Positions 1 through 13,260 of a DNA stretch of 64,000 bases are shown here, one piece after another. A program made the position numbers and the translations under genes. Every line of letters begins with the position of its first letter. The stretch's first letter is position 1. Source of the DNA: Rhina ancylostomus (Eukaryota); assembly GCA_030265395.1 (NCBI GenBank), contig JARFYF010000094.1:63512842-63576841 (forward strand), written 5' to 3'. A model generated the notes under the pieces. The model saw only the letters and a list, made by a program, of their open reading frames with translations, did not search any database and was not told the DNA's origin.

Positions 1-1700
1 TGTAGATGCTTTCGAGGGCTGGGAGTGATGTGCCCGTGATATATTGGGCTTAATCCATTACTCTCTGCAGCTTCCATTTTGAATGTTTAAGGATCAGGGA
101 TTCCCACAAGTCAATGAGAATGTTATACTGTACATTTTCACGAAGGTTTTGAGAATGACCTTGAATATTTTCCCCTGACACAGCTGGGAATAGAGTGTCC
201 ATTTTGGAAGTCTGCTGTTGGACATGCAAATGGCAAGGCCTGCCCGTTGGAGGTGATAAGTGCAATGAGAGCCCCATTGATGCTGCTGTTGGTGTCAATG
301 TATTGGAAGACATTGCTGAGGTAGCATTGGTGGCACCTCTCCATTACTATGAGGTGCCTGCTATAGGTAGTCCATGGTTCAGAAGTATGCAGGAAGACGG
401 GCATCGCTGTTGTCTGGTACACCATAAGCTTTGTGTGTATTTGAAGTTCGTGATCTTCAAACACCTTTTTACTCAGCTGGCCAAAGGCTTTGCTGGCACG
501 CTGGAAGTGATGGTGAACTTCATCAGTGTTTGCCTTGGCTGTGAGTTGGCTCCTGAGACAGGAGAAAAGGTCCACATCTTCCAGGGTCTTAAGGTAAGTC
601 TTTGCTGTCAGAGGGCGATGTTGTTCATCAGGGGAGAGGACTTTTTGTTTTGTGGATGTAAAGGACAAGGTCTCTTCCTGAATCAGCAGTAACTTGGAGT
701 TCAGCTTCCCAATTGCAAATGTAGTTGTCAACTACATACTGGGACTCGATGAGTTGAGTTGGGATGGCCTTGGTTTTGGAGTGGATGTGACGTAAGTTGA
801 ACAGTTTCCCTTTGGCCTATAGATTAGCTTCACTCCAGCAGGAAGCATGTTGAGACTGAGATGCAAGAGAGAAACAAGTTACCATGGGCAGCCACATTTG
901 AGAAGGATGCTCATATGTATGTGTTGATGGTGGTGCTTGCACTTTTCTTGGAATTGATGCCCAGAGATGATCATGGCCATCCAGATGGATGGAATCCACA
1001 TTGTGATTTGGATAGCAGTTCTTCAGCTACTAGTAGGAGGCAGTTGAGGAGGATCCTGGTGATGACTTTCCCTATGATGAGCAGTGGGGAGACCCTTCTG
1101 TATTTGCTGCAGTCTGGCTTCTCTCCTTTCATGACGATGGTTATGGTGTCTCTGAGGTTCCTGGCATGTCCCCCTCTTCAATGGTATGGGAGATGAGGCA
1201 TGAATTTGTGACTGAAGTCCATCTCTGTTCAAGAACTTTGCAGTGGATTAGCTCTGAAATCTCCTGGTCCTTCTCATTCTCTCAGTCCTGGTGTTTTCTG
1301 GTAGAGAAACCTTGAATCTCTGCACTGGTGCTAACTTGGGGTGGTCCAGGTGCTGGGAACACTGACTCCTGTTAGTTGGGTGTTGTCAGGTAGTCTGTGA
1401 GGTGCTGTCTAAGAAAAGCTTTCTTTACAGGGTCCTTGAGACCATTCGCATTGATTTCTCTTGCAGTGGTGCTTGTGTTGCCGTCATTGTTTTTGGGCCG
1501 GGCTAACGGGGATAAGGGAATGAATTGTCAATCTTTACTCTGCCTTATTCAGTCGTTCTCCAGATGCAGCTCAAGGAATTGCTTCGAGGATGGTCTGAAG
1601 GTTTGTGTGAATTGATGTGTGTTTTGCTCCAAGATATGTGAAAAGGATGCGATTCATGTGAAACAAGCACCCGAGAGGATTCTGTGCTGCTAGGACTGGG
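1..1700 (-). mobile_element. Decayed RTE-clade LINE (RT domain and C-terminal region)
   Basis: ORF 138..731(-) reads LEDVDLFSCLRSQLTAKANTDEVHHHFQRASKAFGQLSKKVFED...TKLMVYQ...SEPWTTYSRH, typical of the RTE RT thumb. Upstream minus-strand frames give QCGF../QEKC-like motifs. It contains frameshifts and stops. Confidence 0.85.
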
Positions 1701-4700
1701 CTAGCATCCTGTTGTGCTTAAGTGAAAACAGAACCTAGGACAAATTGAGTTGTGTAAGTTTGAGTTATCAACACCCCCCGGGAGCTGAGCTTCTCTGTGG
1801 CTGGTACGTGAATGTCCCTGATCATCAGCTACCTTATCATCCTTGAACACTTTCAGTTGCTTGAAACGGCTATAAATCGCAATTCTCCTTGAAGTAGCAC
1901 ATCCAGATCGTATATTGTTACGTCTGCCGCCAAGTAGGTTAAGGTCGTTGAATGAGATGAGGGTGTTAAAGTTCTCCTGTGAGTGATGCATGCCAAGAAG
2001 CAGATTTTATTCTGTGTTTGATGCATTTATTTTGCCTTCCTAGACAGTAGCGAAGACCTCAGGCAGACTCCAGAAGACTTTTACCAGAATAACTTTGGAA
2101 TTAGTGTCATTTTTTTGTGTGCCAGCTTGGCTCAGCTGCTGGAACTGCTGCCTTTGAAGCAGGAGGCTTTGCGCAAAGTATATGTACCCAGGACTCGAAA
2201 TGTGGAATGTCTCAAACTCGCCTAACTCCATGCTGAGTGTGCATACTACACCCTCTTAGTCACTTCCCTTTCTTGCTCCCATTCCGTATTTGTTTCTTTG
2301 TCCCTCCATCACTCTCTGTCTCCACCTCCATGTCCCTCCCTTTTTCTGATTTTCCCTCTTTCTCTCTGTTCCTCACTCCCCCGACCCCGCCNNNNNNNNN
2401 NNNNNNNNNNNNNNNNNNNNNNNNNNNNNNNNNNNNNNNNNNNNNNNNNNNNNNNNNNNNNNNNNNNNNNNNNNNNNNNNNNNNNNNNNNNNNNNNNNNN
2501 NNNNNNNNNNNNNNNNNNNNNNNNNNNAGATGATTCCATGCCTGTTACAGAGCATGTTTAAATTTCTTCACTTTGATTTAAATAGAAGGAAAATGAAGCA
2601 GGCACTGCAACTCACCTGGGATTCTCTTTGTGCTTTTCCACTCTAAGTTCCAGCCAGGCAATGCAAAATGTCCAGGCAATCACGGTACAAATTCTACTTC
2701 TTTATCTCCTCCTTAACACATGGTTGTCAGTGACATTGTGCACTGGTATTTTGAGACCATCTCATGGGCGTTAGTAAAGTGTGGTTAAAGTGTCTGCTGC
2801 AGCCCACTTAAATGGCCACTTTGTTAAATTAGGAAGCACTTGTGTTACAAACAGCCATGATTATACATCCTGTGTTGTATAGTTTAACGGTGAAAGTCAA
2901 TGTTTCCCATTTGCAGGCTATAAACAGTTAAAGACTGAGCAATTGCAAGTCCATCTCTGCATCTACTTCATACTTTTGAATCAAATATACCTCCACTTAG
3001 GCCGCAGTCTCCTGCTGAGTGGGTTTCTCAGCATCAAAATAAACACCAGATTTGCTGAGGCTGACAAGTAGACTTTGAGTTTGCCACTGACTGCATGAGA
3101 TCCTTTGGGTTGTGAGTCAGCATCACAAGCCCAGCTTGTAAATCAATATAAGAACAGATTTACTTTCAAATTGGGTTTTACAGACACAAAAGACAGCTGT
3201 GCATTATACAGGAAATTGCTGATGCTAGGGGAACGCTCCAGTTGAGAGGAGGGGAAGCGCTCATGTCTCTGAAAACATAATTATGGGTGTCATTTTCAGA
3301 CATCCTTTATGATCTACAACTGTCACTACTCAGCATCTAATTCCATGTTGTGAAACCTATTGTATGAACTCCATGTGCGCTGCAGAGTGTGTAAATTCCT
3401 TGATGTACCAATTAGGAGAATATGGGTGAGGTGGGCCGCAAGTCATGGAAATGCGGTGTGGTTCTACCTGTTGCCTTGGATATCGGTGCACTCTTGAATA
3501 GCGTTGGCAGCTTTGGACTCAGAATCGGAAGTGATGGTAATTTTTGTGCATTAAGTTGTTCAGAAGTGGAACGTGCTGTGTAAAATGGTGGTGGTCACAA
3601 ATGAAGCTTTAAATGGAAAATGGGGATACTTTCTTGCAAAAGAACAATTTGCAGCAAAAGAAGGAGTTGCCAAGGTCCTTCCTGGAAGTTACTGGATAAC
3701 TCTTGCAGAGAGTGGGCACTGCCTTGTGTAGTACTGACTTTCCATGTGGATTGCATCACTGTGTCAGTGCTTGTGAAAAGACAAGAGGTTTGTAACTCGC
3801 AGCAAGATGTGGGTTAACTGAATTAATTGCCAGTTACATATGGATTAGTAATACACTCCTGACTGTTGTATTCTGTGTGTTCATTACTGGTCTAAGCAAG
3901 TGCAGTCCAACCGGTGTGACATTATATGAGCCAAATGGACAGGATGGGCTGCTTTCACTGTCAGTTCAGTCTGATGTCTAATGACCTGTTACATCTTCAT
4001 CTGTTCATACCCAAGTTGGGAAACAACATAATGTTGCCCCTGCCTGTATGTTAGAAATATTCTGTGTTTAAAAGGTTTTGTCAATCAGTTAGATATATGC
4101 ATTCATCACAGGAGTGTTATTCATGCAGGAGAGAGGTGTTCATTTTGAGAGCATCAAGATGCCAAATTTTCCATGCATTGGGTTCAAGTGCTGAAACCTT
4201 GGCAAGTGACTCTTCTGTGTTACCTGTGGCATTAATGTCACTTTGCAGCAGAACTTGCATTTTTTTTATAGTCTGCAATATGTCATGCACCATTTTATAT
4301 GCACTTGGTGCACATGTGTATTCATTCGGTGTCCAAACAGTGCCATTTGTCAGGAATGGTTTAAAAGATTTTGTGAAAATACATCCACATGTTCCTCTTT
4401 CATTTTAATATATTTTGGCCCCTACCAATTAAAATTGCTATGGGATAATAATGGGCGCATTTTGAAATTTTCATTTCAAATATTAAGTCTGCAGTAATTT
4501 TGACTGCCCTTGTGCTTGTGTCTTATTTTGTGCTGAACTTCCAGCCAGCACAGGAACTACTGTGAAAATCCACTCAGTACTTTGGTGGTGCCGGACTTGT
4601 AGATTTTTCCAGACCGTTGGTTGTTATTGCTATTAAACGTGGCACTCTTTTAATTCATATTTTAATTAGAATGTGCAGTATTATAATAAACTTTCCACTG

Positions 4701-4889
4701 AACCAGTTAAGTTAAAGGGAGCCTAGGTATAGGCTCAGTGATTGGAACTGGAGTGTGGGAACTAAGCTCCAGTGAGTTGACAGGGAGTGCGGGAACTGTG
4801 ACCTCGGTGATGGAGAAATTAGTGTGGCAAGCGTTACCTGGTGCAGCAATTGCTGAAATATTGGGATTTCCAAATTGTCAGAGTGTGGA

Positions 4890-5285
4890 TTTATTGGATT
4901 TTTGCTGTATTCAAATTCGTCTTTGTTGGGCCCACAAGAGCTTTTGCTTGGCTATGTTTTTCATCTTTCCTTCTCCTCTGCTATCTTCTCTTAGTTTTTC
5001 ATATTTGTCTTCCAGATCTGCCTTCTGACTCCTTTTCACCTCCATTTATCTTGTGGCAGCATCCACTATACCATCTGATGAGTATACGCTCTCCTTGTTA
5101 TCATGGGTTCCTCTCATTCATCTCTCCCTTGCTCCCAACCTCCCTCCTCACTGGAATCTCCAGAAGTTACCAGCTATGATGAAGACTCATCAACCTGAAA
5201 TGTTACAATGCTGTCTCTCTCCACTGACACTGCCTGGTGTGCAGATTTCCAGTGCCTTCAGTGGATTGCTTTGATTCTCAGTTTA
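4890..5285 (+). mobile_element. Old Penelope-like pLTR fragment with degenerate hammerhead core
   Basis: atgatgaagactcatcaacctgaaatgtt...ctctctccactgacactgcctg...atttccag resembles the other pLTR copies in the window. Confidence 0.45.
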
Positions 5286-5934
5286 TTGAGCAGTTGGGTT
5301 GCTAAAGCTATCCTCTTGTGTCCAAACTTGGAACTTGGCCAGGGTTCCTGAAAGTAACTAGAATGCAACTGGTGCCTATCAGAAGAAAAGATCCAGAATT
5401 TACTCAGTTTTAATGACCTGCCTGCATTCATTGTTAGACTGCTACATGAATCATGATAGACAAGGTAGTTGAGGGTTCTGCAGTCTGTGAAGCTGTATGC
5501 TGAAATGAGAAGTCACCTCCAGGGCAAGAGAAATAACAAAAGCACCCACTTTATGGCTCTTTGAAACTATGACAACCACATCACTAGAAATTTGATCATT
5601 AAAGGCATTCTTGGTTCTCTCCGTGGACTGACTTTCTTTGTACAAGGGATCTTTTCTAAAACCCAGCTGGGGGCATAACTGTTGTTGAGAATGAGGTTGC
5701 TGCCAGACTCCTGGCTGGCTCCTGAACAAAACAGTAATGAGATGGAACTTTGTTCTTTGAGTTTTTATTTCATAGTGTTGGCAAAAGCATTGTAGAGGCA
5801 GACCACTTGAGTTCAAAAGCCCTGTTGCCTGGTGAGGTGGTGTTATCCCCATTACGACGGCTGAGCCTCACACCTGGTTCAGAGTTCACCCTGAAGTGGC
5901 TCCTTCCTCGGTCCTGAAAAGCTCACCTGAGAGT

Positions 5935-6050
5935 GATTTAAAAACAAAAAGTGCTGGTGATACTCAGCAGGCCAGGTCCCATCTTTTGGAGAGAGAAAGA
6001 GGTTGAGATGGAGTTGATGTTTTTGATCAGTGAGCTCTTACCATAGATGA
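5935..6050 (-). mobile_element. Old Penelope-like pLTR fragment
   Basis: aaaacaaaaagtgctggtgatactcagcaggccaggtcccatc matches the shared pLTR motif ATGCTGGA..ACTCAGCAGGTCAGGCAGCATC. Confidence 0.55.
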
Positions 6051-6574
6051 ATTTGTTTGACGGTTGATTTACATTGTGGGATTGTTGGTGCGAGGAACTC
6101 TGGATGTGGGTTGAGTATGGCTCTGGATCCAGCCTACCTGGACTGCAGAACACAGTCCAAAACATCGGCTATTGCTTTTATGCTAAAGTCTGATGATAAA
6201 CGTTTGGTTCCTTGCTTTGCTTAGTGTTGTAGGAAGCCTTCCTTGCATAGTGTTCCCAGCTTTTACCAACATACTGAACGTGGAGCTNNNNNNNNNNNNN
6301 NNNNNNNNNNNNNNNNNNNNNNNNNNNNNNNNNNNNNNNNNNNNNNNNNNNNNNNNNNNNNNNNNNNNNNNNNNNNNNNNNNNNNNNTACTGAACGTGGA
6401 GCTGGCAGACTGGCATCCATTGTGCATGCCCATTGTTTACTATCATGGCCCCTTCAAGAATTGCCCATTACTTTTCTGGGCAGCAAAGTTACTTCCCTTC
6501 ATTTACTTTTGAGGTTGGGGTTGACCTAGTCTCCAATAGAAGATAAAAGTTAAAGTTATCAAATGGAAATAAGA

Positions 6575-6985
6575 AATACTGGCATTCATAATGTACCTTT
6601 CATCATTCCAGTGAGTTCTGAAAGAAGTATGATCACTGGTGCAATGTAGGAAATGTAATCGTCATTTATGGCACGGTACTTTCCCACAACTGGCAATGGA
6701 GCCAAGTGATCCAATAACCTGTTTCAGGTATTTGATGAGGTGTAAATGCTGGCCCGAACATTGGGAGAAACCCCAGCCCAGTTCCCTTTGAGTAGTATTG
6801 TGCAATGTTTTATATACACCTGAGGTTTGGGCCTCACTTAGTTTTTTTCTGACCATCCTGCACTTCCTTGGCACTGCCCTGTGAGGAGTACCTGGAGGAG
6901 TGCTCGGTTCTCAGGAATGGCAGTATAATCTGTGAGCTGACTCAGAGGGAAGCATATGTTTTCATCTGAATCACAACTGACGCTT
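6575..6985 (-). mobile_element. Deu-domain SINE (SacSINE1-like) with L2-derived tail
   Basis: Reverse complement resembles the copies at 29062-29495 and 47605-48046: tRNA-like head near ctgactcagagg, central Deu-like block, L2-type tail. Confidence 0.6.
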
Positions 6986-7337
6986 AACGCCTTCATTTGC
7001 AACACTTGAAGTGGTTGCGAAAGATTTAATTGATGACAGGTCTGTGTTTGTGAATATGTTGCAGTATTTTTAAAGGGGCCACTATCAGTATGTGTTTGGC
7101 ATCACTGCCTGGCTTGTTTACAAACTCTCTGCCCTGCCATAATTCTCAGTGAAATGTGTATCACCTGCACAGGTCATTGTGGGGACCAAACTGGAGTTCA
7201 GTTTTTCACCTGAAACACAGAAGTACCACGGTTTGCATTTACAGGTGTGATGAGTGACTCAAAGGAATATCCCAGGTGATTTCTTAAAGTTATATCTTGT
7301 CTTGTTTCTCACTGGCAGCAGCATCTGCCTTAAAGCT

Positions 7338-7965
7338 GTAGAACAGTATAGCACATGATGTCAGTCTACTAATCCCATCTGCCTGCACATGGTCTGTATC
7401 CCTCTATTCCCTGCCTGTTCATGTGTATCTCTAAATGCTTCCTAAATGTTGCAATCATATGTGCTTCCACCATCTACCTTTGTAGCACATTCCAGTCGCC
7501 TGCTGTGTGTATGGGGGGGAGGAAAAAGAAGTGCCTGGGAGTAAATGTCAAATGACACTACCCTATCTATATCTCATAATTTTATATACTTTCTGTCAGG
7601 GTACCCCTCAACCTCCAATGCTCCAGAGAAAACAAACCAAGTTTGTCCAATCTGTCCTTATAGTTAATACACTCCAATCCAGGCAACATCCTGGTGAACC
7701 TCTACTGCATCCTCTCCAAAGTGTACACATCTTTCTTATAGTGTGGCAATCAGAACTGCGCACAATATTTCAAATGTGCCGAACCAAAGTTTTGTATAGC
7801 AGCAACATGACTTCCCAAATTTTATCATCTGGTGAAGGGAAGAATGTCACGTGCCTTCCTTGCCACCCTATCCACATGTTGCCACGATCAGGGAGTTGTG
7901 GACTTGTACTTCTAGATCCTTCTGTCTATCAATGCTCCTTGGGGTCCTACTTTGACCTCCCAAAA
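7338..7965 (-). mobile_element. CR1 LINE 3' portion (segment 1)
   Basis: CR1 3' UTR plus caggcaacatcctggtgaacctctactgcatcctctcc (minus strand: ERMQ.RFTRMLPGLE) and gaactgcgcacaatatt (YCAQF). Confidence 0.85.
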
Positions 7966-8322
7966 TTTAATTTTTTAAATTTTATTTACAGCATGGTAAC
8001 AGGCCCTTCTGGCCCAACAAGTCCGTGCCGCCCATTTTAAACCCCAAATTAACCTANNNNNNNNNNNNNNNNNNNNNNNNNNNNNNNNNNNNNNNNNNNN
8101 NNNNNNNNNNNNNNNNNNNNNNNNNNNNNNNNNNNNNNNNNNNNNNNNNNNNNNNNTAACCTACCCGTATGTCTTTAGACTGTGGGAGGAAACCGGGGCA
8201 CCCAGAGAAAACCCATGCAGATACGGGAGAAAGTACAAACTCATTACAGACAGCGATGGGAATCGAACCCCGATTGCTGGCGCTGTAATAGCATTGTGCT
8301 AACTGCTACGCTACCGTGCTGC
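7966..8322 (-). mobile_element. tRNA-derived V-SINE (HE1-like) inserted into CR1
   Basis: Minus strand shows A box GGTAGCGTAGCAGTTAGC, B box GGTTCGATTCCC, V core GGTTTCCTCCCACAGTCTAAAGAC, a CR1-like tail and an A-rich end. It interrupts contiguous CR1 sequence (ctcccaaaa|...|atcaccttacac). Confidence 0.85.
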
Positions 8323-8945
8323 ATCACCTTACACTTGCCTGGATTAAATTCCATTTGCTATTTCTCCGCCCAAATTTCTAACTGATGAATATCCTGATGT
8401 ATCCTTTGACAATCTTCTTTAGTATCCCATAACTCCACCAATTTTTATGTTGTCTGCAAAATTACTGATCAGATGCTTACATTTTCATCTATTATATATA
8501 TTACCAACAACAGAGATTCCAGCACAGATCCTTGCAGAACACCATTGGCCACAGACCGCCAATCAGAAAAACACATCTCTACCATTCCACTCTTGTGTCA
8601 ATGACCAAGTCAATTTTGGATTCACTTTACCATGGATACCCTGTGAATTAATCTACTGGACAGCCCTACCATGAGGGAACTTGAATGTTTTACAGAACTC
8701 CATTTGGGTAACATCCACTGCCCTACCCTCATCAATCATCTTTGGCTAAGGAGGATACAAAGATCTTTGTCAAAGCCTCAGCAAACTCCTCCCTTACCTC
8801 CCTCAGTATCCTGCGATAGATCTCATCAGGCCCTGGATAGTTATCCATCTTAATGTTTTTCAAGACACCCACCATCACCACCTTCTTCATATCAACATGC
8901 CCTAGAATATGAACCTACTGTACCTCTACTAATCTGACCATCATC
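8323..8945 (-). mobile_element. CR1 LINE RT region (segment 2)
   Basis: Continues segment 1. tgtctgcaaaattactgat reads ISNFAD on the minus strand. Confidence 0.8.
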
Positions 8946-9269
8946 CAGGTAATGCTGTTGTTGTTCAGGCAGTTAGGTGCTTCTCTTAAATTTTCAAGGA
9001 AGGCATTGATGGCTATATGTAATTGACCTGCTCAAACATGAGGATTTTGTTTAAACTTCTACTGGTGTAGGTCCAGCTCAGAAAGATGAGCCTCTGTCAG
9101 ATGAGGACCTTTTTTTTTTGTCTGAAGAAGCTGCATACTTGGGAGAAATTTTTAAAAGTTGCAAATGAGAGTGAAGAAAAAAGGTTTGATATCTAGACAT
9201 GGTAGTGATGGAAAAGGTAGAATTGTTCAGGGTATTTACTTTTTAATTTTCTCAAATTCTCCTTATAAT

Positions 9270-9590
9270 ATGAAAAGAGCCCATTCAGCTGAGTCAATGC
9301 TGGCTCGTATGTTAATCCCATTCCCCCACTTTTTTACCTGTAACGTGTTCTTTCACATTCCTATCAACTCCCCCAATTCTCCTCCTACCCACCTATATTA
9401 ATTTACAATAACCAATTAAACTATCAACCAGCATGTCTTTGCGATGTGGAAGGAAATGGAGCCCTTGGGGAAAATCTACACGATCACAAGGAGAACATGC
9501 AAACTCTACACAGCTCCAGAGAACACGATTGAGCCCAAGTCGCTGGAACTGTGAAGTGGCAACTCAACCTGCTGCTGCTCCACCTGCTTG
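9270..9590 (-). mobile_element. Older V-SINE
   Basis: atgtctttgcgatgtggaaggaaatggag and ggagaacatgcaaactc are degenerate V-domain motifs. Confidence 0.7.
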
Positions 9591-9777
9591 GGGGCAAAGA
9601 GAGAGTCCTGTTGTAATGAGCTTGAATGGCTAAATGACCTTTGCTCATCTCCTGACTTTTCCATGAGTTCCTGTATTAATTATTCCCAGTGATTGCTAGC
9701 ACTGGTGTCAGACCTGCTCATGATACAAGTGGCTGTTCCAGAAGTTGTTCAACATTCCAAACATTTGTAATTGCTAA

Positions 9778-10030
9778 ATGGTTTATTATTGTCACATGTA
9801 TTTTGGTATTGTGAAAAACTTTGTTTTGCATGCCCTCCATCACCACTACATCAGTGCATTGGGGGTAGTACAAGGGAAAAGCAATAACAGAATGCAGAAT
9901 ATAGTGTTAGAGTTACAAAGAAAGTGCAGTGCAGGCAGACAATAAGGTGCAAGGCCATCATTAGGTAGATTATGAGATCAGAAGTTCATCTTATCATACA
10001 AGAGGTCCGTTCAATAGTCTTATAACAGTG
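9778..10030 (-). mobile_element. Rex/Babar-type LINE 3' UTR fragment
   Basis: Homologous to 34785-35030 and 59455-59590 (ttattgtcac...ttgttttgcatgcc...acagaatgcagaat...agtgcagtgcagg). The clade assignment is by recognition. Confidence 0.6.
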
Positions 10031-10849
10031 TCCAAAAGTCCCACAATTATAATAAAAATAAAAAAAACTCATGTCCAGCTTGATACAAGCGGCACTTGAC
10101 ACAGCGTTAGAAGGCACTTGTTTTATCTTTCCTGTATGTCGGGCATGTGCTTCTGAAGAGTTAAACAGCCTATCAGAAAGGTCACACCTTGATGCAAGGT
10201 CTCAGATAGAAAAATGGTGTGTGTGTTGCTCATTTATTTTTAAATACAGACATGAACACAACTGAGAGTTTCATTCTAACTAGAGAGCTAATGGAGCTTG
10301 GCCTCAGTGGACTGAATGCTGTAACTGGGAAACAGCTGTTATGTGTCTGAGAGAAAATTAGTTAGCTCAGAGCATCCCATTTAAATCAGTGCGTCTGGGA
10401 GTTTTGGCACTTCCTCATCTTTGAAACTTTTTCAACATCTGCCAGAACTTTTATTTTGTTTCATAAGTATGATGTGTATCCAAGTAATACAGTAAAAGTG
10501 TTTATGAGTCAACCTATCTTTCAATCTCTTTAATACTTCCCTTGCTGCACTGAATTTTACAACATCAGCTAGGTCAGTGGCAACAGTGGTTTCACTGTCC
10601 CCTGAAGTGGAGTTGACAGAGTTGTAGGTTCTCTGCTGGCATTTTGATTATGGTTATAACTGCAAGTTCCATCTCCATAACGTTGCCGAAATCCACCCCT
10701 TCCTCTGCTTCCTTGTCTGTGGAAAGGAGAGGGTGGCATTTGCATTAGGAGTAGACCATTTTTTTTCCTCCTTATAAACTCAATCAGCTAACTATGAAAC
10801 TCAGAAGATTCAATTTTGACCTCAGCCCCTTCCCTCTTGTGCATTAATT

Positions 10850-11100
10850 TAATTTTTTTTTAAGTTTTACTTGCAGTGTGGTAACAGGCCCTTCCGGCCC
10901 AATGAGTCCACCCCGCCCATTTAAACCCATGTTAACTTACCCGTACGTCTTTAGAATGTGGGAGGAAACCGGAGCACCCGGAGGAAACCCACACAGACAT
11001 GGGAGAAAGTACAATCTCCATACAGACGGCGACGGGAATTGAACCCTGATCACTGGTGCTGTAATAGCGTCACGCTAACCACTGCACTACCGTGCCGCCC
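10850..11100 (-). mobile_element. Full-length young V-SINE (same family as 7966-8322)
   Basis: Minus strand 5' GGGCGGCACGGTAGTGCAGTGGTTAGCG (A box), GGTTCAATTCCC (B box), V core, CR1-like tail, A-rich end. Confidence 0.9.
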
Positions 11101-11229
11101 TATTAAGAACTACTGGAATAAAGAAAAGTTGATTGGAATCCATCGTCTATCTATTTATTTACAGTATGGGAGGCCAGCGAGGAGTATGTTGAAACAGTCG
11201 AGCCTTGAAGAGAGTTTTGGCAGTAGAAT

Positions 11230-13260
11230 ACAGTAGGTGAGTTGAGGACAGGTAATACTCTGGAGGTGGTAATAAGCATACAATGGCATGGGTGTGTGTT
11301 CCAAAAATCACCTTGCTATCTTGCAAATAGTCTAGTTTAAGGCACTGGCCAGGCAGAGGGATGGATTTGGTGGAATGACATTTGTGGCGGGGATTAAGAA
11401 AATGGATTTGGTCCTCACAGTGTGTAGTCATCAAGACAGATTGTTTCTTAAGGCGGCCGACAATTTGGAGACAGTGGAGGAGTCAGGAGAGCTGGTTACA
11501 AGACAGAACAGTACAGGTACAGAAACTGATGCTGTGTTTTTGGATGATGCTGTCGAAGGCAGGATGTGGATGAGTCGCAGTAGAAGGATGTGTTTATGTA
11601 CATGGGGGACACTGAAGGTGATGGCAAAGGAACGGGAAGAGAATTATTGCTGGGGATTCACTGGGTATGACAGGTTAGATAGGAATGGAAAGAGACTTTC
11701 CATGCAACTCACCAATGTGAACAGGCATTGGAGAACGATGGTGTGGCCAGTTATGTCACAGATTTTAGGCAAGTTGAGAAGGAACAAGAGAGATGGATTA
11801 GCTTTGCCCTGGTCATATGAGACGTCATTAGTGACTTGGATAAGTACCATATTGGTTGTATGGCATTGGCAGAAACTTGATTGGAGGCACTCAAGGAACG
11901 ATTGACAAGGAAATGGGAGGATGCAACTTTTTCAAAGGCATTCATTCTTTTTACGGACTTTGGAGTGGTACGAGAAATTGGAGATGGGGCAATATTTTGT
12001 CAGAAAGCAGGTCAGAGATGGTTTGTTTTTTTTGTGTGGAGAATGGTCAGGCTGAGAAGCACCAATATCAGCTAATATGTTCAGCAGGGAGGAACATTGC
12101 ATGATCAACAGTTTGGTAAGAGTAGGATTGAGGGAAAAGGAGTTGGATCCCGTGGAAGGGAGTTGGGCTGGAAGGTCATGAATGATGAGAGTTTAGGGTT
12201 AGGTGAGGGGGACTCTCAGGAGTTTGGCCCTGTGGGTTGGAAAAGGAAGAGCAGTGGAAGAGTCTGCAGAATGGATNNNNNNNNNNNNNNNNNNNNNNNN
12301 NNNNNNNNNNNNNNNNNNNNNNNNNNNNNNNNNNNNNNNNNNNNNNNNNNNNNNNNNNNNNATTTGTTGTTTTGCAGCAGTAGTACAGTGCAGACACATA
12401 AAATAATGATAAATTACAAAAATAAATAGTGTTTCTTTAAAAAAAAGAGGAATAATGAGGTAGTGTTCATGGACCGTTCAGAAATGTGATGGTGGAGGGG
12501 AAGAAGCTGTTACTGAATCACTGAGTGTGGGTCTTCAGGCTCCCTGTATCTCATCCCTGATGGTAGTAATGAGAAGAGGGCATCTCCCAGATGGTGAGGG
12601 TCCTTAATGATAGACACTTCCTTCTTGACGCACCGCCTCTTGAACATGTTCTCGATGTTGGGGAGGGTTGTTTCCGTGATGGACGACTGAGTCTGTAACC
12701 CTCTGCAGCCTCTTGCAATCCAGTGTATTGGAGACTCCCTACCAGGCAGAATGCAACCAACCAGAATGCTCTCCATGATGCATCTGTAGAAATTTGTAAA
12801 AGTCTTTGGTGAATCTCCTAATGGAGTAGAGCTGCTGACGTGCCTTCTTCATGATTGCATTAATGTGTTGGGCCCAGGTTAGATCCTCCGAGATGTTGAT
12901 GCCCAGGAACTTGAAGCTGTTCACCCTTTCCACTGCTGACCCTTTAATGAAGATTGGTGTGTGTTCTCCCGACTTCCCCTTCCTGAAGACCTCAGTCATA
13001 GTGATGAACACCCATGAGTTCTCCACACTTTTACTTAAAAGCGAAGGTGGTGGAATAAGGGAGAACCCTTCAAGAAAATGGTTTCTAGCAGGGAGAGAAG
13101 TTTGGCATCATCTGTTATTTTTGGTTGATCCTGGAATAATGAATGGGTTTGGTATTGAGAGAAGGGCTGTACTCAGAGGGTGTGGGTGGGTAGGCCTGGT
13201 GGTGGAGAGGGGATTGAGCAGTTAAGATCAGAGAGAAGAATAGTTTTAGTGAAAACCAGG
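11230..13260 (-). mobile_element. Decayed L2 LINE RT region, interrupted at about 12277-13000 by a gap and a Rex/Babar insertion
   Basis: Minus-strand ORF 11644..11850 VLIQVTND...SLLFLLNLPKICDITGHTIVLQCL is a degenerate L2 RT motif (LxxVTND...LLDLSAAFDTVDH). An HYSRI motif lies near 13130. Confidence 0.7.
12362..12990 (-). mobile_element. Rex1/Babar LINE 3' end
   Basis: GEHTPIFIKGSAVERVNSFKFLGINISEDLTWAQHINAIMKKARQQLY and IIKDPHHLGDALFSLLPSGMRYR are Rex/Babar RT C-terminal motifs. Confidence 0.9.

Noticed and set aside
7966-11100. tRNA genes suggested by A and B boxes
   Set aside because: The boxes belong to tRNA-derived SINE heads followed by V core and LINE tails. I see no complete cloverleaf.
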